Source of the DNA: Elsinoe ampelina
Taxonomy: Eukaryota
Length of the DNA: 64,000 nt
Assembly (NCBI GenBank): GCA_010093995.1
Contig: ML992504.1
Location: 682,001-746,000, forward strand
Direction: 5' to 3'
Each line of letters opens with the position of its first letter. Position 1 is the first letter of the stretch. Positions 14,276 to 25,039 of this stretch are shown here, one piece after another. The position numbers were made by a program, and so were the translations under genes. The notes beneath the pieces were generated by a model, which was not told the origin of the DNA, did no database searches, and was given only the letters and a program-made list of their open reading frames with translations.

Positions 14276-16558
14276 ATGAACTGGACCGGAGGAGGATTAC
14301 AACGACATACGGGGAACCACCGCACGCAGCTCAAGCAACAAAGAGCACATTTCGCAAACCTTCGTAGCTCGAAGCATGTGGTAGACCCTCCGATCACTAG
14401 TCAGAGATCAAATCACACCACGGAACACAATCTATCTGTGCGCTGCGAGGTCCAAGATGGTTCACGCCCAGTTAGAGCTACAACTCGAGGACAAAGTATT
14501 CACAGTAGAGGTAGGATAGTGTCAAATGAATTGCAGATCGGACGACCAGCTCGAAATCTTCCAGACCTCGCAGAACCCAGAACAAACCTGGACATTCACA
14601 GACAGAAGCTCCTCCACGCTGCAGATTGGCTGGGTCTCAACCGCAACCCCTCTTTGCAATACCACAAGCACAAGCGTTCGAAGCGAGCTGGCAATCATGG
14701 TGACCGGCATAAGCGAAGAAGATTGGTCCCGCCTAACCTTGTCCCTCCACCGCAGGCTGCACAAAGTCCGGTTCGTACTCAGGACTTTACCTTCCGCGTG
14801 GGTACAAACGCTCTACAGACTTCCACCGGCCCAAGGACAGGATACCATGAGCCTCTTCTGAGTGACCCGTACGTGAACACAGCCGGGGATCATGCGAGTG
14901 GTACCAGACAGCTCACTCGCCCCGAGCTGCCGTGGCCGGGCTCTGGTCCAGACATGGACAGTTCGTGCGACCCGAGCAACACACTGCATCATATGCAAAC
15001 GTCTCCATGTGGGAACCAGATAACCTCGGAGGCTCTAGGACAAACACATGACCTCTATAATGTCGAGTTCGATAAGCTGTTCAGCTTCGCGAGGCAATCT
15101 GTTCATTCGTCACATGGATCCAACATCGACTTGCCTGACTCACCGGGTACTGCTGAGCCGTTCGAGGAGAACACATACACAGGCGTCGACTTGCAGCAAG
15201 TAGACAGTGTAGAGTATGATACCGATGTTGTACCTCCTTTCGGATCGAGTATCTTCTCGCCACAAAAGTTCAATCACCCTGACAGATCCTCTTCTATTCC
15301 GTTACCGTCACTACCTCCCATCGATTTCTATCGTCAATGGGATCGAAGTGAAAGCTTCAAGGACGGCATAAGCGATACCGACGAAGACCTTTTTGCGAAT
15401 TTTGATGCTAGCTTGCATTCTATACAGCAATTCATAGATGACGATGATCACACATACTCGGTTCATGAGGCATGCTTGAATACATTCAAACGGGATGAAC
15501 CTACGTGTACAAGCTACTTGGCACCTTCGCGACCGCCTATATGGAGCCAGGGACATGAGGAGTTCGCAAAAGACCAATTGAAGCAATTATCACAGGCAGC
15601 ATCCAGAAGCCCTTCTTCACATGCCGCGAGGGAGTCACTGTCGAACATTCCAGGCTCGCCGGCAGAGGGAGGGGGATCTGTGTCCGCACAAGACCTCATC
15701 ATCTGCAGCCCGTCGAAGGATACCCAGCCTCTACTCGATACCAACAGGACTAGGTCCCATCAACCCCAGCACGCGCAGTCCGCACCCACGGCCGACCCTG
15801 CAGGCCATCCAGATCGACCTCACGCTGGCTCTTCAAACCCAAGGCCACTATCAAGGAACACGATGTGGGTCAAATTTGTGTTTGGCTCATCCTTCCCGGA
15901 CGACGACGCCTCTGCCTCGGGTGACACTGGTGCCAATCGTCCTATCGGTCAGGTCGATACCACCCCCAACGGAAGAATCACGGAACAAGATCTGGACACC
16001 CTCTCGCTGGCTCCGATAGTCTCCTCTAGCGACGAGGAACCGACACAGGGAACGTGGCAGCGGGATCGCATGTCAATCGCTGTCGAAAGGGACAGACATC
16101 GCGAGAAGGAGTGGAGCAGCATTTGGCCGACGCAGCGGTATCGAGCAAGCGATGGTAACGACGATATTGCGGCGGACGTGACGTCTACCAGTGCCATGTG
16201 CGAACCCCACAACTCCACTGTATGGGCACGCGAACAAGTAGCACATCCTACCTCTGAGCGTACCGAGTCTCGCTACTTCATTCGAAGCCCATCAACCCGG
16301 CAACAAGAGTCCTCACCGCTGGATGAACCAAGAAGTGATTTCGTGGAACCGAGCAAGACATCCTCGCCAGTGAAGATCAAACGGGAGCCTGGCGCTTATC
16401 ATGCGAACGAGCTTGAGGCAGCTAGATGGTGGCGCGGTGGAAAAGTCCGGCGATTCAAAGACAAGGGCAAGCAGAAGGACGAGGCTATTGAGATTAGTAG
16501 CGAGGAAGAGGAGGAAGAGGAAGAGGAAGATGATGAAGATGGCGAAGAGGTAGATTGA
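14276..16558 (+). CDS. 760-aa largely disordered protein with MNWTGG N-terminal motif (possible HEIP1/REDIC1/C12orf40-like)
   Basis: Long intronless ORF. N-terminus MNWTGGGLQRH..KQQRAHF, DWLGL motif, acidic tail. Family assignment is from motif recall only. Confidence 0.7.
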   Translation: MNWTGGGLQRHTGNHRTQLKQQRAHFANLRSSKHVVDPPITSQRSNHTTEHNLSVRCEVQDGSRPVRATTRGQSIHSRGRIVSNELQIGRPARNLPDLAEPRTNLDIHRQKLLHAADWLGLNRNPSLQYHKHKRSKRAGNHGDRHKRRRLVPPNLVPPPQAAQSPVRTQDFTFRVGTNALQTSTGPRTGYHEPLLSDPYVNTAGDHASGTRQLTRPELPWPGSGPDMDSSCDPSNTLHHMQTSPCGNQITSEALGQTHDLYNVEFDKLFSFARQSVHSSHGSNIDLPDSPGTAEPFEENTYTGVDLQQVDSVEYDTDVVPPFGSSIFSPQKFNHPDRSSSIPLPSLPPIDFYRQWDRSESFKDGISDTDEDLFANFDASLHSIQQFIDDDDHTYSVHEACLNTFKRDEPTCTSYLAPSRPPIWSQGHEEFAKDQLKQLSQAASRSPSSHAARESLSNIPGSPAEGGGSVSAQDLIICSPSKDTQPLLDTNRTRSHQPQHAQSAPTADPAGHPDRPHAGSSNPRPLSRNTMWVKFVFGSSFPDDDASASGDTGANRPIGQVDTTPNGRITEQDLDTLSLAPIVSSSDEEPTQGTWQRDRMSIAVERDRHREKEWSSIWPTQRYRASDGNDDIAADVTSTSAMCEPHNSTVWAREQVAHPTSERTESRYFIRSPSTRQQESSPLDEPRSDFVEPSKTSSPVKIKREPGAYHANELEAARWWRGGKVRRFKDKGKQKDEAIEISSEEEEEEEEEDDEDGEEVD

Positions 16559-16734
16559 AGGTGTTGAGCGGTAAGATTGATGGGCCACGGAATTCCTTGT
16601 AAGTTAATTAGGGAAAGAGAATCACGGCATCGCTTTCACCGAGGCTGTGGTTGTAGTCAGACAGTCGAAGGCAGAATTGAGCTTGCTGAGTGACGGAGGA
16701 AGAGGAAACAGACATTCAATCTCACGATGCCTAT

Positions 16735-16757
16735 GACTGTTCTGACTGTTCTGACTG
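16735..16757. repeat. Short 9-bp tandem repeat (GACTGTTCT) x~2.5
   Basis: gactgttct gactgttct gactg read directly. Confidence 0.6.
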
Positions 16758-19700
16758 CATGATGAAATGAAGATACAACTCTTGACAGCAATACATCCGG
16801 CAGAGGTCGATGAACTCGGCCTGCATACGCATGGACAAGAGCAGCAAAAAGAGCAGCAAATCGGCGCTGAGGACCCTGGCGCAGATGAAGATGACAGTGA
16901 GGTCGAGTTCCTAGACCCTCGCCTGCGCGCGCCAAGTACTTACCTCGTCTTTGAGGACAAGACAAGCGATGCCACGGACGGCCTTACTCTGGAGGACCTA
17001 GTCGACCACGCCATCCCTGTGTGGAGGAGATTGATGTAACGACGACCATCCTAGAAGCCAAATTAGACGACCTTATCACCTTCTTCTCCACCGCGGACAT
17101 CCACGTCTGGTTGGAAGACCTCGCAGGTCATCCTGCCTGGTTTGTGCGCAAAGGCAGCAGAGCTGAGCCGATCTGCAAGATGTTTCCATGTATGTAAACG
17201 AGGTGCACTTTCAACAACTCTGTCAAGAGTCCCGTCGCCAGGCATCAAGATGCCTGCAAGTTCAGGACGGGCGACGTCGTCGACAGGCTATCGGCGATGG
17301 GCGCTGACATTGATAGATGGAGCTTGCGGGCGGTAGTCAAGGGAGTGTCTAGCGTATCTACAAAGGTCGAGATAGGTGCGACATGGAGGGGTTGCTTTCT
17401 TGAACATCCTACCAGGATGTGATAGGTCTGGTAGGATCTGTGTCTGATTGGATCTCGAGACGCGCAATCAGAAGAAGAGTCCAATGTGCGTACCTGGGTA
17501 ATACTGGTAGTTTTACAGCCCAAGAGGTGGTAGTTCGATAGAATAATCACGCCATAGGGCAAGCCTGCGCAGCACAACCACGAGCATCACTCCGAGGATC
17601 CTTGGCCAAAGAACACCTGCGACGTACTGGAATACACATCCAAGACAGTGTCCAACATGCGTGGCAACTACGCCGACCACGTCCGCCGCAGCCTCACGTT
17701 CTTTTCCCAGCGTACCAAAGTGGAATGCAACAAGCTCAGCAACAGAAGAGGCACATCAGTACCTACGGCACGTCCCTGGCCTTTGATGCCAGCAAGCATC
17801 TACTGCCCAACTACGACTCGGAGCACACGTTGGACAAGTAGATGACCTACACCATGCGCCTGAAGCAGGTGCACTCCTCGAGGCTCTCCAACGGCAGCAA
17901 TACCCGCCGACCGCAACCACGCTTGTCATCGCCGCAGAGAACAACATGGCCAGCAAGGGTTGCCGGGCCCGTCCAAAGTGCGTGACCAAGGGGTCTGTTG
18001 GGGAAATCATATCGGGAAAGAGTCATCGGTTGTCGCCGAGGTTATCGGAAGCAGTGAGCAGCAGACGAGGTCAAATGAACATGTTTCGCAATCGAATGAA
18101 GGTATTGCTCCTAGATGACTTTGCTCGTGGACCTGCCTTTCACATATCGCGGCCCATATCAGTTGGAACTACCAGCACAGAGCATCCTGGTAGTGCAAGG
18201 CGTCATCAACATTGCCTGACTTCGCTTGCAGCCAGTGTAAGGATGGTTCGCCAGCGACAGCTCGTACCCACGGCAGATTGATAGAGCCAAACGGCGCCTC
18301 AGGGTTGTCGGTGATCGTCCGGCGGAGTGCATGATACCAGATACCTCTGCAGTAGACATTCGCGTAACCACTCAAGGGGGGCCAGGGGGCGGGTGAGGCA
18401 GCCATGGCGAGGAGGCAAGGGGGAGAGAATGCAGGGATAGACAAGGAACAGTGCCGAGGAGGGTGAAACCACGTAGCGTAGATTATGTGGATAGGATGAG
18501 AAGGAAGGAGACGGTAGCCAGACCGCGAGAGGACTTACCAGGGCTACATGTCATAAAGCATGGATGGTGGAGGTCACAAATGGCGCAAGCCACCCATCGC
18601 AGAGGCAGTGTGTAGAATCAAAGTCATCTCAAGATAGGAAGCCGTTCGGGCAATGAAAGTGCGGCAAATGTATCTTCGCGGTGGCACTGGTCGTCAATCA
18701 ACTGGACGTCAGGGATGTATACATCTCTTCCGTCGGTCCAACTGAGCGTGACATTGAAAATGTACTCCGAGTGGCAGCGTGCAGGCCTGAGGAGGAGATT
18801 CGACTCGGAGGTAAATGCGCCAGTCTTGGTGGAGCCATTGGCCCTGCACGATGGGCACATGCGACGAGCCAAAGCGATTGGCGAAGTACGTCTTCTCTCC
18901 CATTATGTCGTTCGCAACATCACCTTCGATTGCAGATCGTGTTGGCGGTAGCGCAGGGGCAACGAGTAAGAGAGTGCCCGTCTCCTACGGGACAGACTCG
19001 AATGGACATTGTCTTTCGCGGCGAAAAGGCTCCCGTTCACATGTGACGCGCAAGATGAGGTCGTCCATAGACTTTCGCCGGGGAGGCTTCCGTACCAAGT
19101 TCACGCTCACGGCGGGTCCAGAGTAGCCCCTTCACCCGTCGCGGTGCTGTCAAACAAAGCGCAGGGACGTGACAGGCCGTGCGGTGTCGTGCTGTACCAG
19201 AGTCTGTTTGGGCGCGGCCGCATGTTGGCGGAGCTTCTCTGTTTACTTTTGCACGAAGTCTGGTACAGCATGATGTTGAGGGGTTTCGCGTTGAGTGACT
19301 GTCGTTGGTGGAGCAAGGAGCAGGCTTACTGATCGGGCCCGCACCGACAGTACCACGAGGGCTGCTGCCCTGTTGACGACATTGGGCTGAAGTTGGGCTC
19401 TGCGACTTGTCAATCATACGATTGTCTAGCAGACACAGCAGGGAGGGTGGAACCATATTCCCGTCCAGTATACAAGTCTCGCATGACACGGTTGGTGTGA
19501 TGTAGTCAGAGATCGACGGATAGTGAGAAGCATGATGGTCTTGGTATTCCTTGGGAGGGCCCTGAACAGATGTTTGGCTGAGGGTTCGTCAGGCTGAGAC
19601 AGGCGGGGTTGGTGGGCTGTGGTCCTGGGATAATTATTGGGCGTGTCTCACTACGGGCCAGGTTAGCCGTGCTGACCGGGTTCAGGGTATGCGATGTTCC

Positions 19701-20306
19701 GTAGCTGGAAGGCAATCGCACGGGCTGGTTTCGTGCCTCACCCGCAAACGGGATGAGGTGCAAGGTTGAGCGGGCATCACCGGGTTGGACCGAGAAGAGG
19801 CCCAGGATCAGTAGAGAAGGATTCCGTGATGAGCGTTTGTGTTTGAGATTGCGCGAGGTACGATTGAAAGACTGGCGTCTTTTGCGTAGGCCATTGCTTT
19901 ACTTGACTAGCACCTGAGCTCATACAGTATCATGCTCCAGGCATGCATGACACGAGAAAGCTGAGTCGGCAAGACATCGGCCGGCAGTTGATAAGAAGGA
20001 TGCAATCGTATCAGCAGGGCTGAGTTAGCATGCATCATGTCAGTGACCCTGCAATCCCATTTGACGTGACAGCACTGATCCCTGCAGGACCATGCCGGTT
20101 ACCGCCAAAGTGGATGTCGCCCGCGTGGACAATTGCGTGGCATTGATGAATGTTGAGTCAGCATGTGGAGAGGCTTCATCACTGAGATGAGTGTGCGAGT
20201 CGAAGGACTTGTGGCGGCCAAAGGAGTTGTAGATTGTGTTTGATGAGGTGCTGTTTCCAGGGGCTGAGGTGTGGAGTGCGGCTTTGCGGCAAAGACGACG
20301 TACCAC

Positions 20307-21941
20307 CAAGGGTCGGTGAATTAGGAGGTTGCCAGGGTAAATTGCTTACTTTTGTATACAACTTCTACCCCCTTATTCTTCAAAAATTCATAACTTTACC
20401 AACACTCATCCAAATGGCACGAATAAATAGCCAAATTGATCGTCAGACTATGCGCTTTACGTCACTAGAGCGCGGTTTAACAAAAAAGCGACGTAAACGA
20501 CGAAATGAGGACCAAGAGCTAGTACGTGAATGGCCGACTCCTACACGCGTGCGCGTTAAGACCTTATTCGAGAGCGGCACCTCACGCACTGAGATAAAAA
20601 GGATCACTAACGTGCCTATCCGGACGTAGCGCTCATAGACAATCCAGCCAGACTGTCGGCCTGGTAAAATACGTGAAGGGCCGTCCAAATTGATCGACTT
20701 AAGGACCCTCCGCCGCATGATCCACCACGTTACTAAATCCTTCGAGGATCGCCAAACTACGTGGGTATAGCTTGCTAAACTCTTCACAAATGGAGTTCAT
20801 CCTTGTACGGTGAAGAACGCTATAAACGAAGCTGGATATTATAAGTGCAAGGCTTGTCAGAAGAGCTGGTTACGGCCGGAGAACGTTGCTACAAGGGTGG
20901 CCTTTTGCTGTCGGTACCAATACCGCTCCTAGAGGTTCTAGAAGTTAGTACGCTTTACAGATGAAGTTCACTTCTCGGTGGATTCACAACGTGTAGCACT
21001 TGTCATTCGGAACGATTAGGAGCGTAACTGCGAGACTTATATCCAGTTTAACAAGAGGTTAAAGGGCAGCCAATTACACTGCTAGGCTATAGTCGGTTAC
21101 GGCTATAAGTCAGAGATAGTGTTCTTCGACTCTAACGATAAGTCTGAGAGCACTGCCTTTATCTACGACCGCATTAACACCGAAGGAATGTCACTAGAGC
21201 CAGCGGTAGAGACGGAGGAAGAGGAGCGCTAGTTACTCGGCAACGTAAGGCCTTTAACGTGTAAGCACCGCTATCACAATAAAGAGGCATGTAAGCATGC
21301 TTGCTGCAAGCCAGATCATCGTCCTTTAAAGGCCGCAGGCAACCTTACTTAGATATAGTACCTTACGAAGATCCTCTACCCTTATATTAAGCTAGCGTAG
21401 CTTAAGGCCAAGGGTAAGCACTATCTCTTTACTCTCCTCGAGGACAACGACGGCAGCCACGGCACTAGATCCAAGAACAACGTTGTAGCGAGATACAAGG
21501 CTTATCTAGAGAGGCAGGGTAGCTTTCACTGGTACGCTAACTACGCTTAGTCACCTGACTTTAACATCATCGAGAACGTGTAGAGGATCCTTAAACAGCG
21601 TGTCAAGAACTACCACTACACTACTATCGAGCAGCTAAAGGAGGCTATTGAGTTTGAATGGGAGCGCATCAGTCAGGACGAGATAAACAAGCTAGTAAAG
21701 ACAATGCTAGAGCGCATAAAGGAGGGCGTGAGGAGGAGAGGGCTACATACACCTTACTAAGCACCACAAATTGGCTAAAAGCATCAAATAACAACACCTT
21801 TTTTCAGCTTCATCTTTTTGAATTGATCAGATTACTCAAATGCTCATGAATCCCAATTATTCACCAAAAAATTGGTGTGAATCCGGGCTCAAAAAGTGCC
21901 AAGAAACGGGGGGCGGCAGTCTCCAAATTCACCGTCCCTTG
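20307..21941 (+). mobile_element. Full-length Tc1/IS630-mariner superfamily DNA transposon, RIP-inactivated
   Basis: Imperfect 27-bp TIRs: CAAGGGTCGGTGAATTAGGAGGTTGCC (20307-20333) versus the reverse complement of 21915-21941, CAAGGGACGGTGAATTTGGAGACTGCC (4 mismatches). AT/TpA-rich interior. Internal transposase frame. TA target duplication not visible. Confidence 0.9.
20414..21760 (+). pseudogene. DDE transposase pseudogene (448 codons, no frameshift, 13 premature TAG)
   Basis: Single frame with motifs RFTDEVHF, HC*AIVGYGYKS, GNLT*I*Y, LLEDNDGSH, *SPDFNIIENV*RILK, GLHTPY*. Confidence 0.93.
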
Positions 21942-22117
21942 CACGCTACCGATGAAACGTACACCATGCGAATTGGCTCAATTTCAGCCAAAGGGTATTC
22001 AATTTTGCTACCAATATGTACAGAAAGGTAGGATATATACATCTCATCATCCGAAATTGGCAAGTTGTCAGTGTTCTCCGGGTGATAAGCAAGTCACGTG
22101 TCCTGTTTCGCCACCAT

Positions 22118-22893
22118 TTATGCGGTGAGCTTAGTCTTGATAAATGCAAGAGCTTGTTGGCCGTACTTTGAGCCATAGCCTTGGTGAGTAGCCTGGTCAC
22201 TGCCCTTGCAGCAGTACGGATCGGCAGAGTCGCAGTAGGACTTGATCTTTGCGGCCTGAGCAGAAGCGCATTGGAAACCTGCCGGGCGAGGGGCGAACTG
22301 TAGCAAATGTCAGCAGCAATCCAAGACGACGTCGTCCATAAGCTGCTCCTTACTCCTTGCTGTGTGCAGGTGCCCACGTTGTAGGATAGGCCCGCAATGT
22401 AACGCGGATCACCCATGAAGATGGCGGCCTTGATTTGAGTTAGCGCCTTCGAGTTGATAGGGACGCCAGTGCTGCTCCAGCCAATATTGACGTCTGGCCC
22501 ACCACAGATCGCATTGTCACTGATCTGACCACCCTGTGAATAGCCGACGACGACGAGTTGGGTATTGGGGCATCTGGCGTTGTAGTTGTTGATGACCGAG
22601 GCGATGGTGTTGGTACCCTGGAGGGCGGACGACGCGTAGCTAGCACCTCCGCACGACGCCTGACCTCCGCATGCGGGGTAGTTGATTGCCTCTGCCGTCG
22701 AGCCTGGGTAGGCGTTGAGGACGAGGTTGACTACGACACCAGCCGTGCCGTATCCAGCAGGAGCGGTGGTCTCGCGGGCACCAAAGATGTGGATCTTCGG
22801 GCAGCTCTGACGCTCCTGAAGCTCGACAGGAGTCGCTGCTGCCAAAGCCGAAAGAGCAAGCACGGTGGTGCCGAGGTTGTTGAGGAGAAGCAT
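22118..22893 (-). CDS. Acetylxylan esterase (CE5, cutinase fold), secreted
   Basis: Signal peptide, FGARETT, GYSQGG nucleophile motif, MGDP. Intron 22298-22353, then SYCDSADPYCC..HQGY. Confidence 0.95.
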
Positions 22894-25005
22894 TGTGATT
22901 GTTGTGGATCGAAGGATGTTCTGATATTCGATGACAAGCTACTGCTAAGACTGCACCAGAACAACGCCCAGACGGGTCCCTATATAGAAGTTTCAGGGTA
23001 AATGGCCGGGACGGACACAAGGATGTGGTTTGGTTGTCCGTTTCCATCTGGTACAGGAGATATGGCAGAACTGCTTTAGGCTGTGCGAAATTTGTAGCAG
23101 GAAATTGAACAGACCTCGACGAGGCGTTTCAGAGACGAGTATGGAGGCGATTACCCCGGATTGTCAGAGACTAGCCACGGGTAAATCAGGTACCTACCGG
23201 TTGAACACCTGGGGATTGGGAGGAGGCGACATGCATTTACCCGTACGAAGGAGACGTTGCTTATTCCTACTTGCAAGATCGTCGAGTCTTCAAATAATGG
23301 TCAAATAGCTGCTTCCTGCCCGTTGCAGAGTTCTATCTTTTTTCGCGCGTCGAAAAGGGGGTGGCATGAAGCTTTGCGGGAGGAGTTGATGAAGGGAAGT
23401 TTGATCGTCGGGGTCCGAGTCGAGCCAGGGCTTTTTTACTGCCAGATCTCATGCGCCGGCGCAGAACAAAGTTGTGGCACATTGGGATTGAAGAGGTGGT
23501 TCAGACGGGAGTGGCTCCTGCCGCTCTTGCTTATTTCAACTCAAAGAAGTGAAGGGGTCAGTGGATCTGTTTGGGTGCTTCGCGACAGGGTGAGAAAGGA
23601 AGTACAGTATCGACGTCTAGCGTAACATCACAGAGAGGGGTCAAGGGACCTGTGTGGTGTCAAAGTGATCGCGCCAACCACATGAGTGAAAAATGGCTTG
23701 GCAGTAACTTGACTTGTACAAGACCGAGTCCGTAGGCGAGTTCGAGGTGGAAGGAAATTTCAAGCAAGTGGGGTCTTCGTCGCGATGCGTGACGGTGGGA
23801 TTACGGGGTCATGATTGGAACCCCAACAGTGTCTCGGTGATTTGTGTCTTGACATGTCGTTGGGGTGGTGTGCGAGGGGCGGGCAGGATGCAGGAACAAA
23901 AGCAAGAAGCGTGAGGGATCTTCATTTGCAACTCGGGCCGCGACCGCAAGCACAAGCGAAGAAATTGCGAAAACGAAAAGCAAAAGCGCGCGAAAAACAA
24001 GGCAAGGAGGCAGCAGGATGCGTGAAGTGCCCGAGGCGAATACGGCACCAGGTCACGAGGTGACAACGTGACAACGAGCACCTTACCACGGTAGTAGGCC
24101 TTGCATGCTTTGTGTGCTGCGGCATCGAGTCGGTGAAGATATAGATTAATATTGCGCGTTGCTGGCGGCGTGCCTTGTTCTTCAGCATTTCGACAGTGCT
24201 TCTTTGCGACCGGATGCCGGATGTGGTGTGTTGGGTCTGGCAGACGCGATCCAATCAGGATTACTCCCGCATCGACTTTGATGGCTGCACAGTGACGACA
24301 GAGGGCAATTTACGAGGTGATGGGAGCCACGTGTGCTGCGCAAGATTAAGGCCAGCACGCCGTCCTGTCGGTCTCCCGTCGCTTAGTTTGCAGAAGCTGG
24401 GCGAACCGCACATCTGAACAGTAGACATCGTTTCTCTCTCACAAGAGATTCGGATGGCGGCGGCATGGGTAAGCTACTGTAGGTGCCTCGACGAGTGAGC
24501 GCGTATCTCGTTCTGTACGCGCGCGACGTGAACAAGCTGCAGCCCGCTTTGCGACGGGTCTGGAACAGGCCGAACCGCTCGATAGCTTGCCCCAAGATTA
24601 TCAAACGCTCTGCAGCGCCGATTCAGCCAGTCTGCAGCTCGGCCATGTCGTGCAGGAAGGACGAGCTTGGAAAGGTGCAGCTGCATGATGCGGGCTCGTC
24701 TCGGAAAAGCGACCAACACGACCTCCTGCCATGGCTCGTGGGACACGTCGCAAAAACCCTGGCATGGTTTGAATCCTAACGTGTTTGCCCTTGCTTGCCT
24801 GACACATTTGTTGTGGACCGGCGATCAAGATTGTAATCTGCATGTGGAGCTGCGAGCTGAAATGAGAGGTGGTCAAGCAGAAACCACAAAACGGTCGCGG
24901 ACAAGAGGGAAGGCAGATGGAAGGACGATGGAATACGCTACGCTACTCGCGTGCGTGATCTATGACTCTGTGTTGCGAGGAGCGAGAGCTTGGGCGCCAC
25001 CGTGT

Positions 25006-25039
25006 GCAGCTTTGGCCGCAGCTTTGGCCGCAGCTTTGG
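25006..25039. repeat. 12-bp tandem repeat (GCAGCTTTGGCC) x~2.8
   Basis: gcagctttggcc gcagctttggcc gcagctttgg read directly. Confidence 0.7.
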
